A DNA stretch of 64,000 nt from IMG/VR virus record IMGVR_UViG_3300014204_000161, positions 14,916 to 78,915 of that record. One strand, written 5' to 3'. The position numbers were made by a program, and so were the translations under genes. The stretch is from a virus (lineage: Duplodnaviria; Caudoviricetes). Under the pieces are notes generated by a model. That model was not told the origin of the DNA. It did not search any database and worked only from the letters and a program-made list of their open reading frames with translations. The stretch's first letter is position 1; the number at the start of each line of letters is the position of its first letter. Below are positions 1 through 7,876 of this stretch, one piece after another.

Positions 1-1
1 C

Positions 2-200
2 CGTCACCCAGGAGGCTGATGTGGACGTAGAAAATGGGGAGCTTTATCTTGCGGTCCTTCTTGTCACGGAGCTGCTTGATTTTCACCGTGAAGTGGGTAC
101 CGGATTCGAGGTTACGGAACGTGAGAACTGCGCGTCCGGCCAGGGCCAGGATCGGAAGAGCTCTCGGATTCATGTTCGGGCGGGGGGCTAAGTTTTTCAT
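2..200 (-). CDS. Conserved phage hypothetical protein, runs off left edge (partial)
   Basis: ATG at 200 behind the early promoter at 229-260; reads MKNLAPRPNMNPRALPILALAGRAVLTFRNLESGTHFTVKIKQ with no stop to the edge; AGxAxxTxxNxxxGxHFTxKI motif recalled from small phage proteins. Not in the ORF track. Confidence 0.65.
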   Translation of the reverse strand, partial: MKNLAPRPNMNPRALPILALAGRAVLTFRNLESGTHFTVKIKQLRDKKDRKIKLPIFYVHISLLGD

Positions 201-370
201 GGCGGCGGATGTTTGATTGATTATGGTGTAAATATAATACCGTTTCCGTTCAGGAAAAAATCCTGGTGAAAATAATTGAAACTTTTCCAAACTAGTTTGC
301 AGGTCGGAGTATACCCTCTGCGGTTGCTAGCCGAACTGATGTTGTAAAAGTATCACGAATTCTTGAGAGG

Positions 371-389
371 AAAAAATGGGCCGAAGCCC
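371..389 (-). terminator. Intrinsic terminator GGGC-UUCG-GCCC hairpin plus U-run
   Basis: Minus strand TGGGCTTCGGCCCATTTTTT; its U-run is also the T-run of the next promoter element. Confidence 0.8.
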
Positions 390-394
390 ATTGG

Positions 395-586
395 TCATTC
401 GGTTTTCGCGTAGGCCGGCACCCGCTCGAGGTAGCGGACCATTGCTGCCGAGAGGCGCTTGCCCTTGAGGCCGCATTCCTGGAAGCCATTGATAATTTCG
501 CCAGCGTTACCGTCGTAGCGTTCGATCATTTCCGCGCGTAGCTCGTTGAAGCTCATGGCGGACAGTTTCTTCTTGTCGTTCGGCAT
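395..586 (-). CDS. Hypothetical protein (63 aa)
   Basis: ORF between promoter 609-640 and terminator 371-389; AAAACC-ATG start. Confidence 0.65.
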   Translation of the reverse strand: MPNDKKKLSAMSFNELRAEMIERYDGNAGEIINGFQECGLKGKRLSAAMVRYLERVPAYAKTE

Positions 587-634
587 GGTTTTGGTTTTGA
601 ATGTAAGGCAAATATAGAACTATTCCGCGAAAGG

Positions 635-653
635 AAAAAATGGGCCGAAGCCC
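635..653 (-). terminator. Second identical GGGC-UUCG-GCCC terminator
   Basis: gggccgaagccc at 642-653 next to the A-run 635-640, just after the TAA at 655-657. Confidence 0.8.
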
Positions 654-654
654 C

Positions 655-840
655 TTACGGGGTAACTTCGGCCAGGTCCTGTGAGAGGATCCAATCGTAC
701 ATCAGGTCCATCTGCCTCTCGAAGGGCAGGTCCTTGACGTAGGACTGCTCCATGAAGGTGAGAAGTTGCTCATCGCTCAGCTCCTGGATGTTGACGTAGC
801 CGTAGCGGTCGCGGAAGAAATCACGGATTTTCTTGATCAT
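655..840 (-). CDS. Hypothetical protein (61 aa)
   Basis: ORF between promoter 870-901 and the terminator; GCC-ATG start. Confidence 0.65.
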   Translation of the reverse strand: MIKKIRDFFRDRYGYVNIQELSDEQLLTFMEQSYVKDLPFERQMDLMYDWILSQDLAEVTP

Positions 841-901
841 GGCGGTTAGGTTTTAAGTTTAACGTAAGGCAAATATAATCCTAAACCGCGAAAGGAAAAA
901 A

Positions 902-1156
902 TCAGGAAAGAACTTCGGCGATGAGAGCTCTGACGTGCAGTTCAGCCTCAAGCTCAAGCTCGGCAACTACATGAGCGTCCTCAACTGTCCAAGTCTCGTC
1001 TGGACCCGGAACCAGCTTCTTGGTCCGGCCGAACAGAGTGTAGACGCCGGTAACCGAGCCGGACCTGTCGGTTCTTAACCAGACAGGCCCTAGCTTGGTC
1101 TCGCCCTTTTGGTGCCGATCCGCCAAGACGGCCCAACTTATCTGAGGATTATCCAT
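902..1156 (-). CDS. Hypothetical protein (MDNPQISW..., 84 aa)
   Basis: Start moved to ATG 1156, which overlaps the upstream stop (ATGGATAA); TGA abuts the promoter T-run. Confidence 0.6.
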   Translation of the reverse strand: MDNPQISWAVLADRHQKGETKLGPVWLRTDRSGSVTGVYTLFGRTKKLVPGPDETWTVEDAHVVAELELEAELHVRALIAEVLS

Positions 1157-1463
1157 TGATTCCGAGTTCTCTCTTCGCTTCCTCGTCCCATTCCTCGGGC
1201 TGATGAGCTTCAGCGTAATACGCATAGTCACTGGCCTTCGTGTCCTTTTCGTCGAAGGTTATGACAACATCGTAATAGGTTCCGAGATCGTGAGGATTCG
1301 ATTTGATTTTGAATTCTGCGCCCGGCGGGGGATCGCCAAACACGCGCTTCATTTGGTTAATGAATGCTCTGCACTCTTTGCGAGCCTTGTCCCCGTAATC
1401 GGGGGTACCCACCTGAGCGCAGTCTTCGCCGAATGGGGTTGGGCCTAAATAGAGTTCGTCCAT
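1149..1463 (-). CDS. Conserved phage hypothetical protein
   Basis: LGPTPxxEDCAQVGxxDY...ECRAFI.Q...HDxGTYYDV motif recalled as widespread in phage early regions; own promoter at 1486. Confidence 0.75.
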   Translation of the reverse strand: MDELYLGPTPFGEDCAQVGTPDYGDKARKECRAFINQMKRVFGDPPPGAEFKIKSNPHDLGTYYDVVITFDEKDTKASDYAYYAEAHQPEEWDEEAKRELGING

Positions 1464-1517
1464 GGTTCATGCATTTAATGTAAGGCAAATATACCACTAA
1501 ACTCTGACAGGAAAAAA

Positions 1518-1751
1518 TTAGGCTCGTTTCTTTTCGTACTTGTATCCGTTGGCCATGCAGATCTGTTCGAGCTGAGCAGTTTCGGTTCTGTTACGGGTCT
1601 TAAACACTAACGTGCTCTCGCCGTCAGTAACGGCTACTTCGAACCTAGGCTCGTCTTCGGTCTTAAACCAGTTGGAGATTGCCTTTGCGCCGGCGGCGTC
1701 GATGAGGTCTTCGTTTACGAATTCCTCGCGGGATTTAACGTGCTTCTTCAT
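1518..1751 (-). CDS. Putative internal head protein with capsid-targeting-like leader
   Basis: MKKHVKSREEFVNE leader; late promoter GATAAATA immediately upstream (~1757-1764). Confidence 0.65.
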   Translation of the reverse strand: MKKHVKSREEFVNEDLIDAAGAKAISNWFKTEDEPRFEVAVTDGESTLVFKTRNRTETAQLEQICMANGYKYEKKRA

Positions 1752-1790
1752 TGATTTATTTATCGCATGCTGAGCACAAAAATCTGGCGG

Positions 1791-1982
1791 TTACGATAAC
1801 CAGCCGGTGGTCCAAACGAAGACAACAGAACAGATCAAGATGATAAGTTCTATTACCGCCCAGACAGTCCAACGGATTATGTCCGCATGGTCTTGCCTTG
1901 GTTTGTAAGCGATCGGATGTTTTAATACCCAACCAAATAGGAACACGAGAAGGGCTGTAAGTAAAATCTTAAGAGCTATCAT
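1791..1982 (-). CDS. Small two-TM membrane protein
   Basis: Two hydrophobic stretches in a 63-aa ORF. Confidence 0.65.
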   Translation of the reverse strand: MIALKILLTALLVFLFGWVLKHPIAYKPRQDHADIIRWTVWAVIELIILICSVVFVWTTGWLS

Positions 1983-1993
1983 ATCTAAAAATT

Positions 1994-2086
1994 TGCGGCA
2001 ACAGACGGGATCGAACCGTCATTCTCCCGATTGAGTCGGGATTTACCTGTATATTCCAGCCGTGGTTATCTGAACTCTATACTGCC
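1994..2086 (-). tRNA. Atypical tRNA-like RNA (expanded D region; anticodon loop reads UCA or is a deleted CAU loop)
   Basis: Acceptor GGCAGTA/TGTTGCC, T arm GACGG-TTCGATC-CCGTC, anticodon arm TCCCG-ACTCAAT-CGGGA, D region ~38 nt instead of ~19, no encoded CCA; TATATTTA box directly upstream. Confidence 0.55.
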
Positions 2087-2234
2087 ATAAATATAGTACC
2101 CAAAAAACGAGGCAAGGGACCCGCAAATCAATGGGGTCCCAGCCACTAACCGAGTCTAGGGCGAAACGGTTTCATGTCCCGGAAATCTGGCCGGAACTCC
2201 AATTTTATTTATCCGAATCTAATCGGTAGTTAGC

Positions 2235-2477
2235 TTACGCGCGACCGGCAGTGTTCTTCTGCCTGCCACGTACCATGTTGTAGGCAAAGTTCAAGATCCG
2301 TTTGTTCTCGTACCTGCCATGTAGAACGTTGGACACGTGCTGTTCGCTGTACCCCGTCCAAAAAGCAATCTGATTACCGTCTCCTTGTCTCTTGCGAGAT
2401 GCAATGATAGCTCTCTTTGCTCCGACTGGTAAACAACGGTACTTACTTCCGATTCTGCTCTGATTATCTGTGCTCAT
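2235..2477 (-). CDS. Putative helix-turn-helix DNA-binding protein
   Basis: IAFWTGYSEQHVSNVLHGRYEN fits an HTH pattern. Confidence 0.6.
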   Translation of the reverse strand: MSTDNQSRIGSKYRCLPVGAKRAIIASRKRQGDGNQIAFWTGYSEQHVSNVLHGRYENKRILNFAYNMVRGRQKNTAGRA

Positions 2478-2501
2478 TATAATGTTGGTAATTTTTCGAT
2501 A

Positions 2502-2756
2502 TTATACTACTTTAGTTTCTGGTCCCTTCTGCTCAATCTTGGTGATGGGAAACATCAGTCTAAATAGGAACATCATACCCCAGGCCTGAATGGCTGAGAG
2601 CTCGCCTAGGCCTGCCAGACCAGGCATTATCCAGTTCCAAAGCCATTTGATCGGAAATGCCAGTAACGCGGACGTTAGGAAGCCTATGAAGATCGAGAGA
2701 ATAACTATCTTGATCTGATTGGTAATCAATTGCTTAGGGGTTAACATTGGATTCAT
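2502..2756 (-). CDS. Membrane protein (2 TM)
   Basis: Hydrophobic ORF with WLWN and LSxxQAWG motifs. Confidence 0.65.
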   Translation of the reverse strand: MNPMLTPKQLITNQIKIVILSIFIGFLTSALLAFPIKWLWNWIMPGLAGLGELSAIQAWGMMFLFRLMFPITKIEQKGPETKVV

Positions 2757-2929
2757 GATATAGTTTCTTTTGTATCTTTTACTTGTATTTACCTGACAGT
2801 TTTAACAAGGAAGGCCCGATTTCTCGAGGCCTTCTCAACTGAGTTTGTCTGCCGGGCGTTCGGCACCCAGTAACCATTGCCGCCTCGCGACCCGGCTTGC
2901 GCCGGACTTTACGGTTGGGTTTCGCTTCT

Positions 2930-3178
2930 TTACACGAGCTGCAAAAAGCGAGTCGTGCCAACGTGGGTGCGTCCCACCTTGAATGCTTTCGATACGGGCC
3001 GGCCCTGCTCGTCGAGGATAAGTCCCTGTGATTTGAACACGAGGAATCCTTTCTGGAGTCGTTCCTTTATGGCTTTGTTGACTGACGTGCGCAGCTTCTT
3101 GTACTCGTCGAAGGCCATCTTAGCCGGACGAGCGGTTACGGGATCAGGAGCTGCGGGTAATACGGTTGCGTTTTTCAT
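2930..3178 (-). CDS. Hypothetical basic protein
   Basis: ORF behind promoter 3205-3236; ACC-ATG start. Confidence 0.6.
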   Translation of the reverse strand: MKNATVLPAAPDPVTARPAKMAFDEYKKLRTSVNKAIKERLQKGFLVFKSQGLILDEQGRPVSKAFKVGRTHVGTTRFLQLV

Positions 3179-3236
3179 GGTGCGAGTTTAGATTGTTTGT
3201 ACGGTAAAAGCAATACAGTTTCTTGACAGGAAAAAA

Positions 3237-3455
3237 TCAAGCGAATTTCTTTTTCAGCGTGGCCTGCAGCCGCAAGCGGTCGTCGATCAGGCTCGGCACG
3301 TTGAGGATGCTCATTGCTCTCGACAGCTTCTGCCAGTCGGGCCGGCTGTTGAACAATCTTTTCATTCCGTCTTTGTATGCTGCCTTATGGGTCTTGATCT
3401 CTTGATACTCAGGATTATTCCTACGCAGGGTCTTTGTGGGTTTTTGGTCTTCCAT
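3237..3455 (-). CDS. Hypothetical protein
   Basis: ORF behind GTAGTATAAT (3478-3487); TGA abuts the next promoter T-run. Confidence 0.65.
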   Translation of the reverse strand: MEDQKPTKTLRRNNPEYQEIKTHKAAYKDGMKRLFNSRPDWQKLSRAMSILNVPSLIDDRLRLQATLKKKFA

Positions 3456-3487
3456 TATGGTTTTTTGATTTGGATGTATTATACTAC

Positions 3488-3622
3488 TCAGAAAGAGCTT
3501 ATGGTTTTTATGTCCGAGAATTGGACAGCACTTTCTTCAGAGATCTTCTCGTCTATGAAGATGAACCTGGGCTTCAGTCCGGAGATGCGGCATGATTCTA
3601 CGATAAGTTCATTTCTGTCCAT
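3488..3622 (-). CDS. Small hypothetical protein (44 aa, MDRNELIVES...)
   Basis: Read manually; starts 2 nt after the preceding stop; below the ORF-track cut-off. Confidence 0.45.
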   Translation of the reverse strand: MDRNELIVESCRISGLKPRFIFIDEKISEESAVQFSDIKTISSF

Positions 3623-3624
3623 GG

Positions 3625-3804
3625 TTACTGTGCGATTAAAGAGTAAATGACGAAGCCTACAAGCCACAGGATAAAGAGGCCGAACGTTGCGATCAGGAAC
3701 CAGGTCGAGACGATCAGGTGCTTGGTCTCTTTGGTGGTCCGAACCGGCCTGACTGGTCCGCTCATCATGCGGATGGCCATAAAGTGGGATACAAAATTGT
3801 TCAT
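3625..3804 (-). CDS. Small membrane protein (59 aa, MNNFVSHF...)
   Basis: Read manually; follows promoter 3823; C-terminal TM helix. Confidence 0.55.
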   Translation of the reverse strand: MNNFVSHFMAIRMMSGPVRPVRTTKETKHLIVSTWFLIATFGLFILWLVGFVIYSLIAQ

Positions 3805-3854
3805 GTGGATTGGATTAGAAGGCTAAAGTAATACCTATCCGCGACAGGAAAAAA

Positions 3855-4361
3855 TCAGATGAAAGTCTCTATGCGCATGAATTCCTCGTCCGTCGGAAGT
3901 GGGCAGTCCTCGATCCATTCGATGTTGGACTTTACTTTCCACAAGCTTAGGTCAAGATCGCTCGGTAACGAGACCTCGTCGAACACGTTCAGCCTCAGCG
4001 AAAGCCCATGATAAGCCAAATTCTTGAGTAAGAACTCGTTAAGGGCTATAAAATCTTTCAGGTCCTTCTGTTCGTGGATGGTTAGGGTAACTCCATCGAC
4101 ATGGTTAAGGATCAGCTTGACGTTCCGAGCATGCGCGGTGTAGACATAGAGTTCCGTTTGGACGGAGCCCAGAGCCTTGAGGATCCAAACTGTGTTCAGG
4201 ATCTTTGAATCCATGAGGGGTTCTCCGCCGGTCAGGATTATCTGATCGTAACAGTCGAAGCTCTTCACGATCGGAAGAGCTTCGATGTTCCATTGCTTGT
4301 TGCAACATCCTGCGCAGGAGCGATTGCAATCGGGGGTTATTAACAGTCTAAGTATCTTCAT
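3855..4361 (-). CDS. Radical SAM (4Fe-4S) protein
   Basis: CNRSCAGC (CxxxCxxC) and TGGEPL motifs. Confidence 0.85.
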   Translation of the reverse strand: MKILRLLITPDCNRSCAGCCNKQWNIEALPIVKSFDCYDQIILTGGEPLMDSKILNTVWILKALGSVQTELYVYTAHARNVKLILNHVDGVTLTIHEQKDLKDFIALNEFLLKNLAYHGLSLRLNVFDEVSLPSDLDLSLWKVKSNIEWIEDCPLPTDEEFMRIETFI

Positions 4362-4397
4362 GGTGTAAATGTAATACTCTTTCGCGAAAGGAAAAAA

Positions 4398-5582
4398 TTA
4401 CCAGTCAAAGTATTTCTTGTAGAAGACTTGAGGAACGTCCTTCGCCATCATCTGAAAGGTCAATGCGCTGACAGGTTGAAAGAAACATTTAACGGCCTGT
4501 CCATGATGTACTCTACAGTACTCAGTTATCTTATCGATCTGAATGTCAGTCATGTACACGTTCGGTCCGCGATGGACTCTCTCGTTCATGTGGCCTTCGA
4601 AGTTTATTTCGTTACCGTGGATTCTGACCCAGCCTTTGGCTTGTAACCATCCGTCGGGGTTGGTCTTGTTCTCGTCGGACTCTTCGATCAGTCCTTTTGC
4701 ATAGAGAGCGTCCGCAATCTGGTTATGGAGCATGTTGGCGATCTCGCCGTTGAGAGCGTAGTAGTCTCCGTTAGGAGCGAGCCAGCCAGCATCGTAACCG
4801 GCCATGATGTCGACAGGTTCGATCCCCTTCTTTATCACTTCGTCGATCTCGTTCGCGGCAGTTATGTACCGATCGAGGTCTTCCTGTTCCTTGAGAGCTT
4901 TGGCGAAGTCAAGGTTCATGAGGTCCTTGATCTCTTCCATAACGCTGGTCATCCACAGGCGTGCGTCTGCAGCATGGTCACTGTAGTCTTCAGCTTCGAA
5001 ATCCTGCGGCCATGTACGCTTCATGAAGTCCACGATGGCCATTTCCTCGACCGATTGCTGGATGTATGCTTTGGAAGCACGAATCAGAAGTTCGAGCTCC
5101 GAAACTCTGCTGTCATAGCGAAGCTCGTCGAGGATGGTCTTCTCGTTTCCGTTCAGGAAGTCGAGCACCTGTTCGTAACTGTAATCGATGCTTATGCTCC
5201 GCCCGGATCTTACCTTCGAGCCCATGTTCTTGACCGCAGCTGTCAGGTCCAAGCCAGTCTTGTAGATCTCCTTGGTCTTTCTCTGCACGAATTGCGAGCA
5301 GTCAAGGCGGGTAAACCCGATCTTGTCATGGATACCTTCCACGAACTCGGTCGCTACGAATTGCTGGTGTCCGGTCTGTTCGTCGTTCTCAACGAGCAGG
5401 ACGAGATCGCCGTGCAGGATCTTCATGGCCAAGCCGGTCGGTACCCCGATCAGGGATTCCGTTATGGTCTCAACGGCCTTGCGGGGATTGTGATTGTATT
5501 CTAAATGTTCTTGGGCGATCGTCGCGAGCAGAGCTCCAGCGTTTTCGCCCAAGGTAAAGTGTATGGTTCTTGTTTCTGACAT
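4398..5582 (-). CDS. Hypothetical protein (394 aa)
   Basis: Long ORF with its own promoter; C-terminal AGWLAPNGDYY...H module recalled from phage proteins. Confidence 0.8.
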   Translation of the reverse strand: MSETRTIHFTLGENAGALLATIAQEHLEYNHNPRKAVETITESLIGVPTGLAMKILHGDLVLLVENDEQTGHQQFVATEFVEGIHDKIGFTRLDCSQFVQRKTKEIYKTGLDLTAAVKNMGSKVRSGRSISIDYSYEQVLDFLNGNEKTILDELRYDSRVSELELLIRASKAYIQQSVEEMAIVDFMKRTWPQDFEAEDYSDHAADARLWMTSVMEEIKDLMNLDFAKALKEQEDLDRYITAANEIDEVIKKGIEPVDIMAGYDAGWLAPNGDYYALNGEIANMLHNQIADALYAKGLIEESDENKTNPDGWLQAKGWVRIHGNEINFEGHMNERVHRGPNVYMTDIQIDKITEYCRVHHGQAVKCFFQPVSALTFQMMAKDVPQVFYKKYFDW

Positions 5583-5642
5583 GGCGGTGTTTGGATTATG
5601 CTAGCTAAAGTACCCAATATTCCTGACAGGAAAAAGTCGGGC

Positions 5643-5870
5643 TTACCTGAACACGGACACGGGTCCAGTGTCTCCGTTTCCCTGAACAATAATGTACGTG
5701 TAGCCCTCGCTGGACTTGTACTCGTACACGTTAAGGTTGGAACCGAATCCGCCAGCGGTTTTCTTCAGGGTCGGGGTACCGGCTGCGGGTCCAGGCTTTG
5801 AGCTGGTCAGGAAGATGGTTGCGAATGCCAAGAGGCAGACGGTGAAGCATGCGATCGCTAGTTTTCTCAT
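5643..5870 (-). CDS. Small exported or membrane-anchored protein
   Basis: Start moved to ATG 5870 (MRKLAIACFTVCLLAFA, signal-like), downstream of promoter 5890. Confidence 0.6.
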   Translation of the reverse strand: MRKLAIACFTVCLLAFATIFLTSSKPGPAAGTPTLKKTAGGFGSNLNVYEYKSSEGYTYIIVQGNGDTGPVSVFR

Positions 5871-5915
5871 GATGTTAAGTTTTATGTTGCTAAAGTACCA
5901 CAAAGTCTTGACAGG

Positions 5916-5958
5916 AAAAAATGACTGGCCGGAAGCCCCTACTACGGAGTCCGGCCAG
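5916..5958 (-). terminator. Hairpin ACTGGCCGGA/TCCGGCCAGT plus U-run
   Basis: 10-bp inverted repeat at about 5924-5957 next to the A-run 5916-5921. Confidence 0.65.
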
Positions 5959-5978
5959 TTCATGGTGTATGTCGGGTT

Positions 5979-6179
5979 TTAGCCGACGAGCAGGCCAACG
6001 AAGGCTAACAGCTCGGACATCAGGCCCAGCAGGGCCACGGCTCCGATGGCCGTCAGGAAGGCTCCACCCACCCGTTTCCAGTACCGATCGTACAGTTCCC
6101 GCTCTTCAGCCGTCAGGCCTGTGCGGTAACGATCTGCCCGTTCCCGGGCCGTGCTGAAGTGCCGTGCGTGTCTGCTCAT
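5979..6179 (-). CDS. Small membrane protein
   Basis: C-terminal TM helix; promoter at 6201. Confidence 0.6.
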   Translation of the reverse strand: MSRHARHFSTARERADRYRTGLTAEERELYDRYWKRVGGAFLTAIGAVALLGLMSELLAFVGLLVG

Positions 6180-6238
6180 GCTTATGGATTACTTAGGTTG
6201 CAAATATACCACAAACTCTTGACAGCAGAAAATTGGGC

Positions 6239-6547
6239 TTAAACTTTCTCGGTTTCAAGTACCGAAAGCTGGGCTGAGACATCGGTCTTTCGTAACTGCA
6301 AACGAGCGGCCCATTCGTACTCTTCCCGTTCAACGGCCTGTCCAAGGGCAAGGCCCAATGCTTGGTCAAAGCTCTCGAGAAGAAAGAGGTAGTACTCTTC
6401 CGTCCATTCGGTAGACTTCGGACCCGTCTGCTTCTTCAGCTCGTCCGCAAGCCTGTCCAAAGCCCGGTCTATTTTCCTGCGGTTACGACCTGCCCGTTCG
6501 AGGGCTGCCATTACTTTACCGTGCATTGCTTCCACTTGTTCCCTCAT
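6239..6547 (-). CDS. Hypothetical protein with UvrB/UvrC-type (UVR) motif
   Basis: LGQAVEREEYEWAARLQ matches the UVR coiled-coil pattern. Confidence 0.6.
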   Translation of the reverse strand: MREQVEAMHGKVMAALERAGRNRRKIDRALDRLADELKKQTGPKSTEWTEEYYLFLLESFDQALGLALGQAVEREEYEWAARLQLRKTDVSAQLSVLETEKV

Positions 6548-6928
6548 AGTATACTGATAGTCAATTAGTTGGGCGAGACAGACTCAGTCGGTCTATCTTC
6601 TTGTATTATCTATCGCAGTAACGGTTCTCAAAACGATTCTCGTTACCGTGAGACCACATGTACCAGAAGTACCAGATGTTCCACTTGTACCCAGTAACGA
6701 AAGCTCTTATCAAGAGATAAGAAAGACCAGTACTGGTTCTTCAGCTTCTGAAGCCTGGGTCCTGGCCTTTAGGCCAGGCCCAGGCCGGGCGGGTACGTTG
6801 ACACGGCCGCGCGAGCAAGCCGCTCATATTAACTTTCGTTACTGTGTGATTTGGATTACTGTACTTCAGAACTTGCTAACTTAACCAAAACTCTTGACAG
6901 TAAAAAATGGGATTATTTTTGCCTGCCA

Positions 6929-6970
6929 TTTTTTCCTTTCGCGGATAAGTATTACTTTTACCTTACATTC
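6929..6970 (+). promoter_or_regulatory. Rightward copy of the early promoter element
   Basis: TTTTTTCCTTTCGCGG-ataagtat-TACTTTTA-ccttacattc, nearly the reverse complement of the 600-640 element; a further TATTTTTG at 6914-6921. Confidence 0.75.
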
Positions 6971-7084
6971 AAGCTGCAGATCCAGCCACAAGCCGCGAGG
7001 CCGGTGCACGAGCCAGACGGATGAAGCGGACATAGCCGGCACGAATGACAGACCCAGGGACCGGCCCGGCGACGGCCAGGCTAG

Positions 7085-7205
7085 CCCTGGGTTACTGCAT
7101 CGGGAGTCCTGGACAGTGCCCAGGGTTCACTCCTGGAGGTGCCCTGGGTTAGCCCTGGATGACTCCCGGAGGTGTGCCAGGGTCACTCCTGGAGGTGCCC
7201 CGGGG
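7085..7205. repeat. GC-rich imperfect direct-repeat and palindrome cluster
   Basis: CACTCCTGGAGGTGCCC at 7128 and 7184, variant GACTCCCGGAGGTG at 7161, CCCTGGGTTA at 7085 and 7142. Confidence 0.75.
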
Positions 7206-7468
7206 GCACTATTAGCAGCTATAAATAGTTTACCAGGAGCAATTGCATTGCCTTTTTCCTTTTTTCCCTGGTCCCCCTAGCCAGCTGGCCGATCCCGGAC
7301 CAATGCGGTCTGGGTATCCCGTGTTTCAAGATCTTTCTATAGGGTTTTGGGGTTCAATTAAGTCTGTTTGTGAGCTAGAATGCGATTCCGAATGAGCCAC
7401 ATTTCCTAGTTTAGAATTCTCCCCCCGGGTTTGGGGTGTCGGTAATTAAGGTGGGTAGTTTGGTATAC

Positions 7469-7876
7469 TTATTTCTTTTTCTTGGCATTCTCTGGAAAGT
7501 GTAATTTTCCCGTGGTTTCATTGAGCCATACGTATCCAGGCTTGCCGGCTTTGAATTCCTTTTCAGTAAGGACTTCCTGACCAGGCCCAATCTCTTTCGC
7601 TCTTTCTACGTAATTGAGGGTAAGCGGTTTCTTGTACCGATTTATGTTGGTATCTATGTTCAGAGCTTCTTCTATAGTATGGCCCATGTCTTCTAAGACT
7701 TTCTGGGTTAGCATGAAGATCTCTTCTGCTTCATCATCTCCCTTTTTTAGTATACCGATCAGGACTCCCAATGATTTTGGTTTTCCTTTACGTATAGCAT
7801 CCATTGCTGCAAGCTTATGATTGTCGGACCTTACTGTTATATTCAGGTCTCCGGACTTGACTAGGTATTTGCTCAT
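7469..7876 (-). CDS. Hypothetical protein
   Basis: 135-aa ORF with an ATGA-type overlap with the upstream gene. Confidence 0.7.
   Translation of the reverse strand: MSKYLVKSGDLNITVRSDNHKLAAMDAIRKGKPKSLGVLIGILKKGDDEAEEIFMLTQKVLEDMGHTIEEALNIDTNINRYKKPLTLNYVERAKEIGPGQEVLTEKEFKAGKPGYVWLNETTGKLHFPENAKKKK

Larger units (their letters stand above)
229..6907 (-). promoter_or_regulatory. Array of ~13 repeated early promoters (Bacteroidota sigmaA-type -7 box plus TTTTTTCC upstream element)
   Basis: Transcribed-strand consensus TTTTTTCCT(T/G)TC(G/A)-N~12-TA(T/C)(A/T)TTT(G/A). -7 boxes at + coordinates 229, 345, 609, 870, 1486, 2088, 3205, 3823, 4366, 5605, 5890, 6201, 6876; exact TATATTTG at 609, 870, 1486, 6201. 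The T-run lies ~19-24 nt upstream, the Bacteroidota -33 position. Confidence 0.85.

Noticed and set aside
4725-5504. 259-aa + strand ORF
   Set aside because: Antisense shadow of the 394-aa gene caused by codon bias; no promoter.
6657-6695. Short GTSGTSGTSGT-coding stretch resembling the collagen-like fibre repeat
   Set aside because: No start codon, stops just upstream and only ~4 triplets; chance or an untestable remnant.
3222-6900. TTGACA hexamers on the + strand as sigma70 -35 boxes
   Set aside because: They are the reverse complement of the TGTCAA part of the leftward promoter element, have no consistent rightward -10, and point antisense to the genes.
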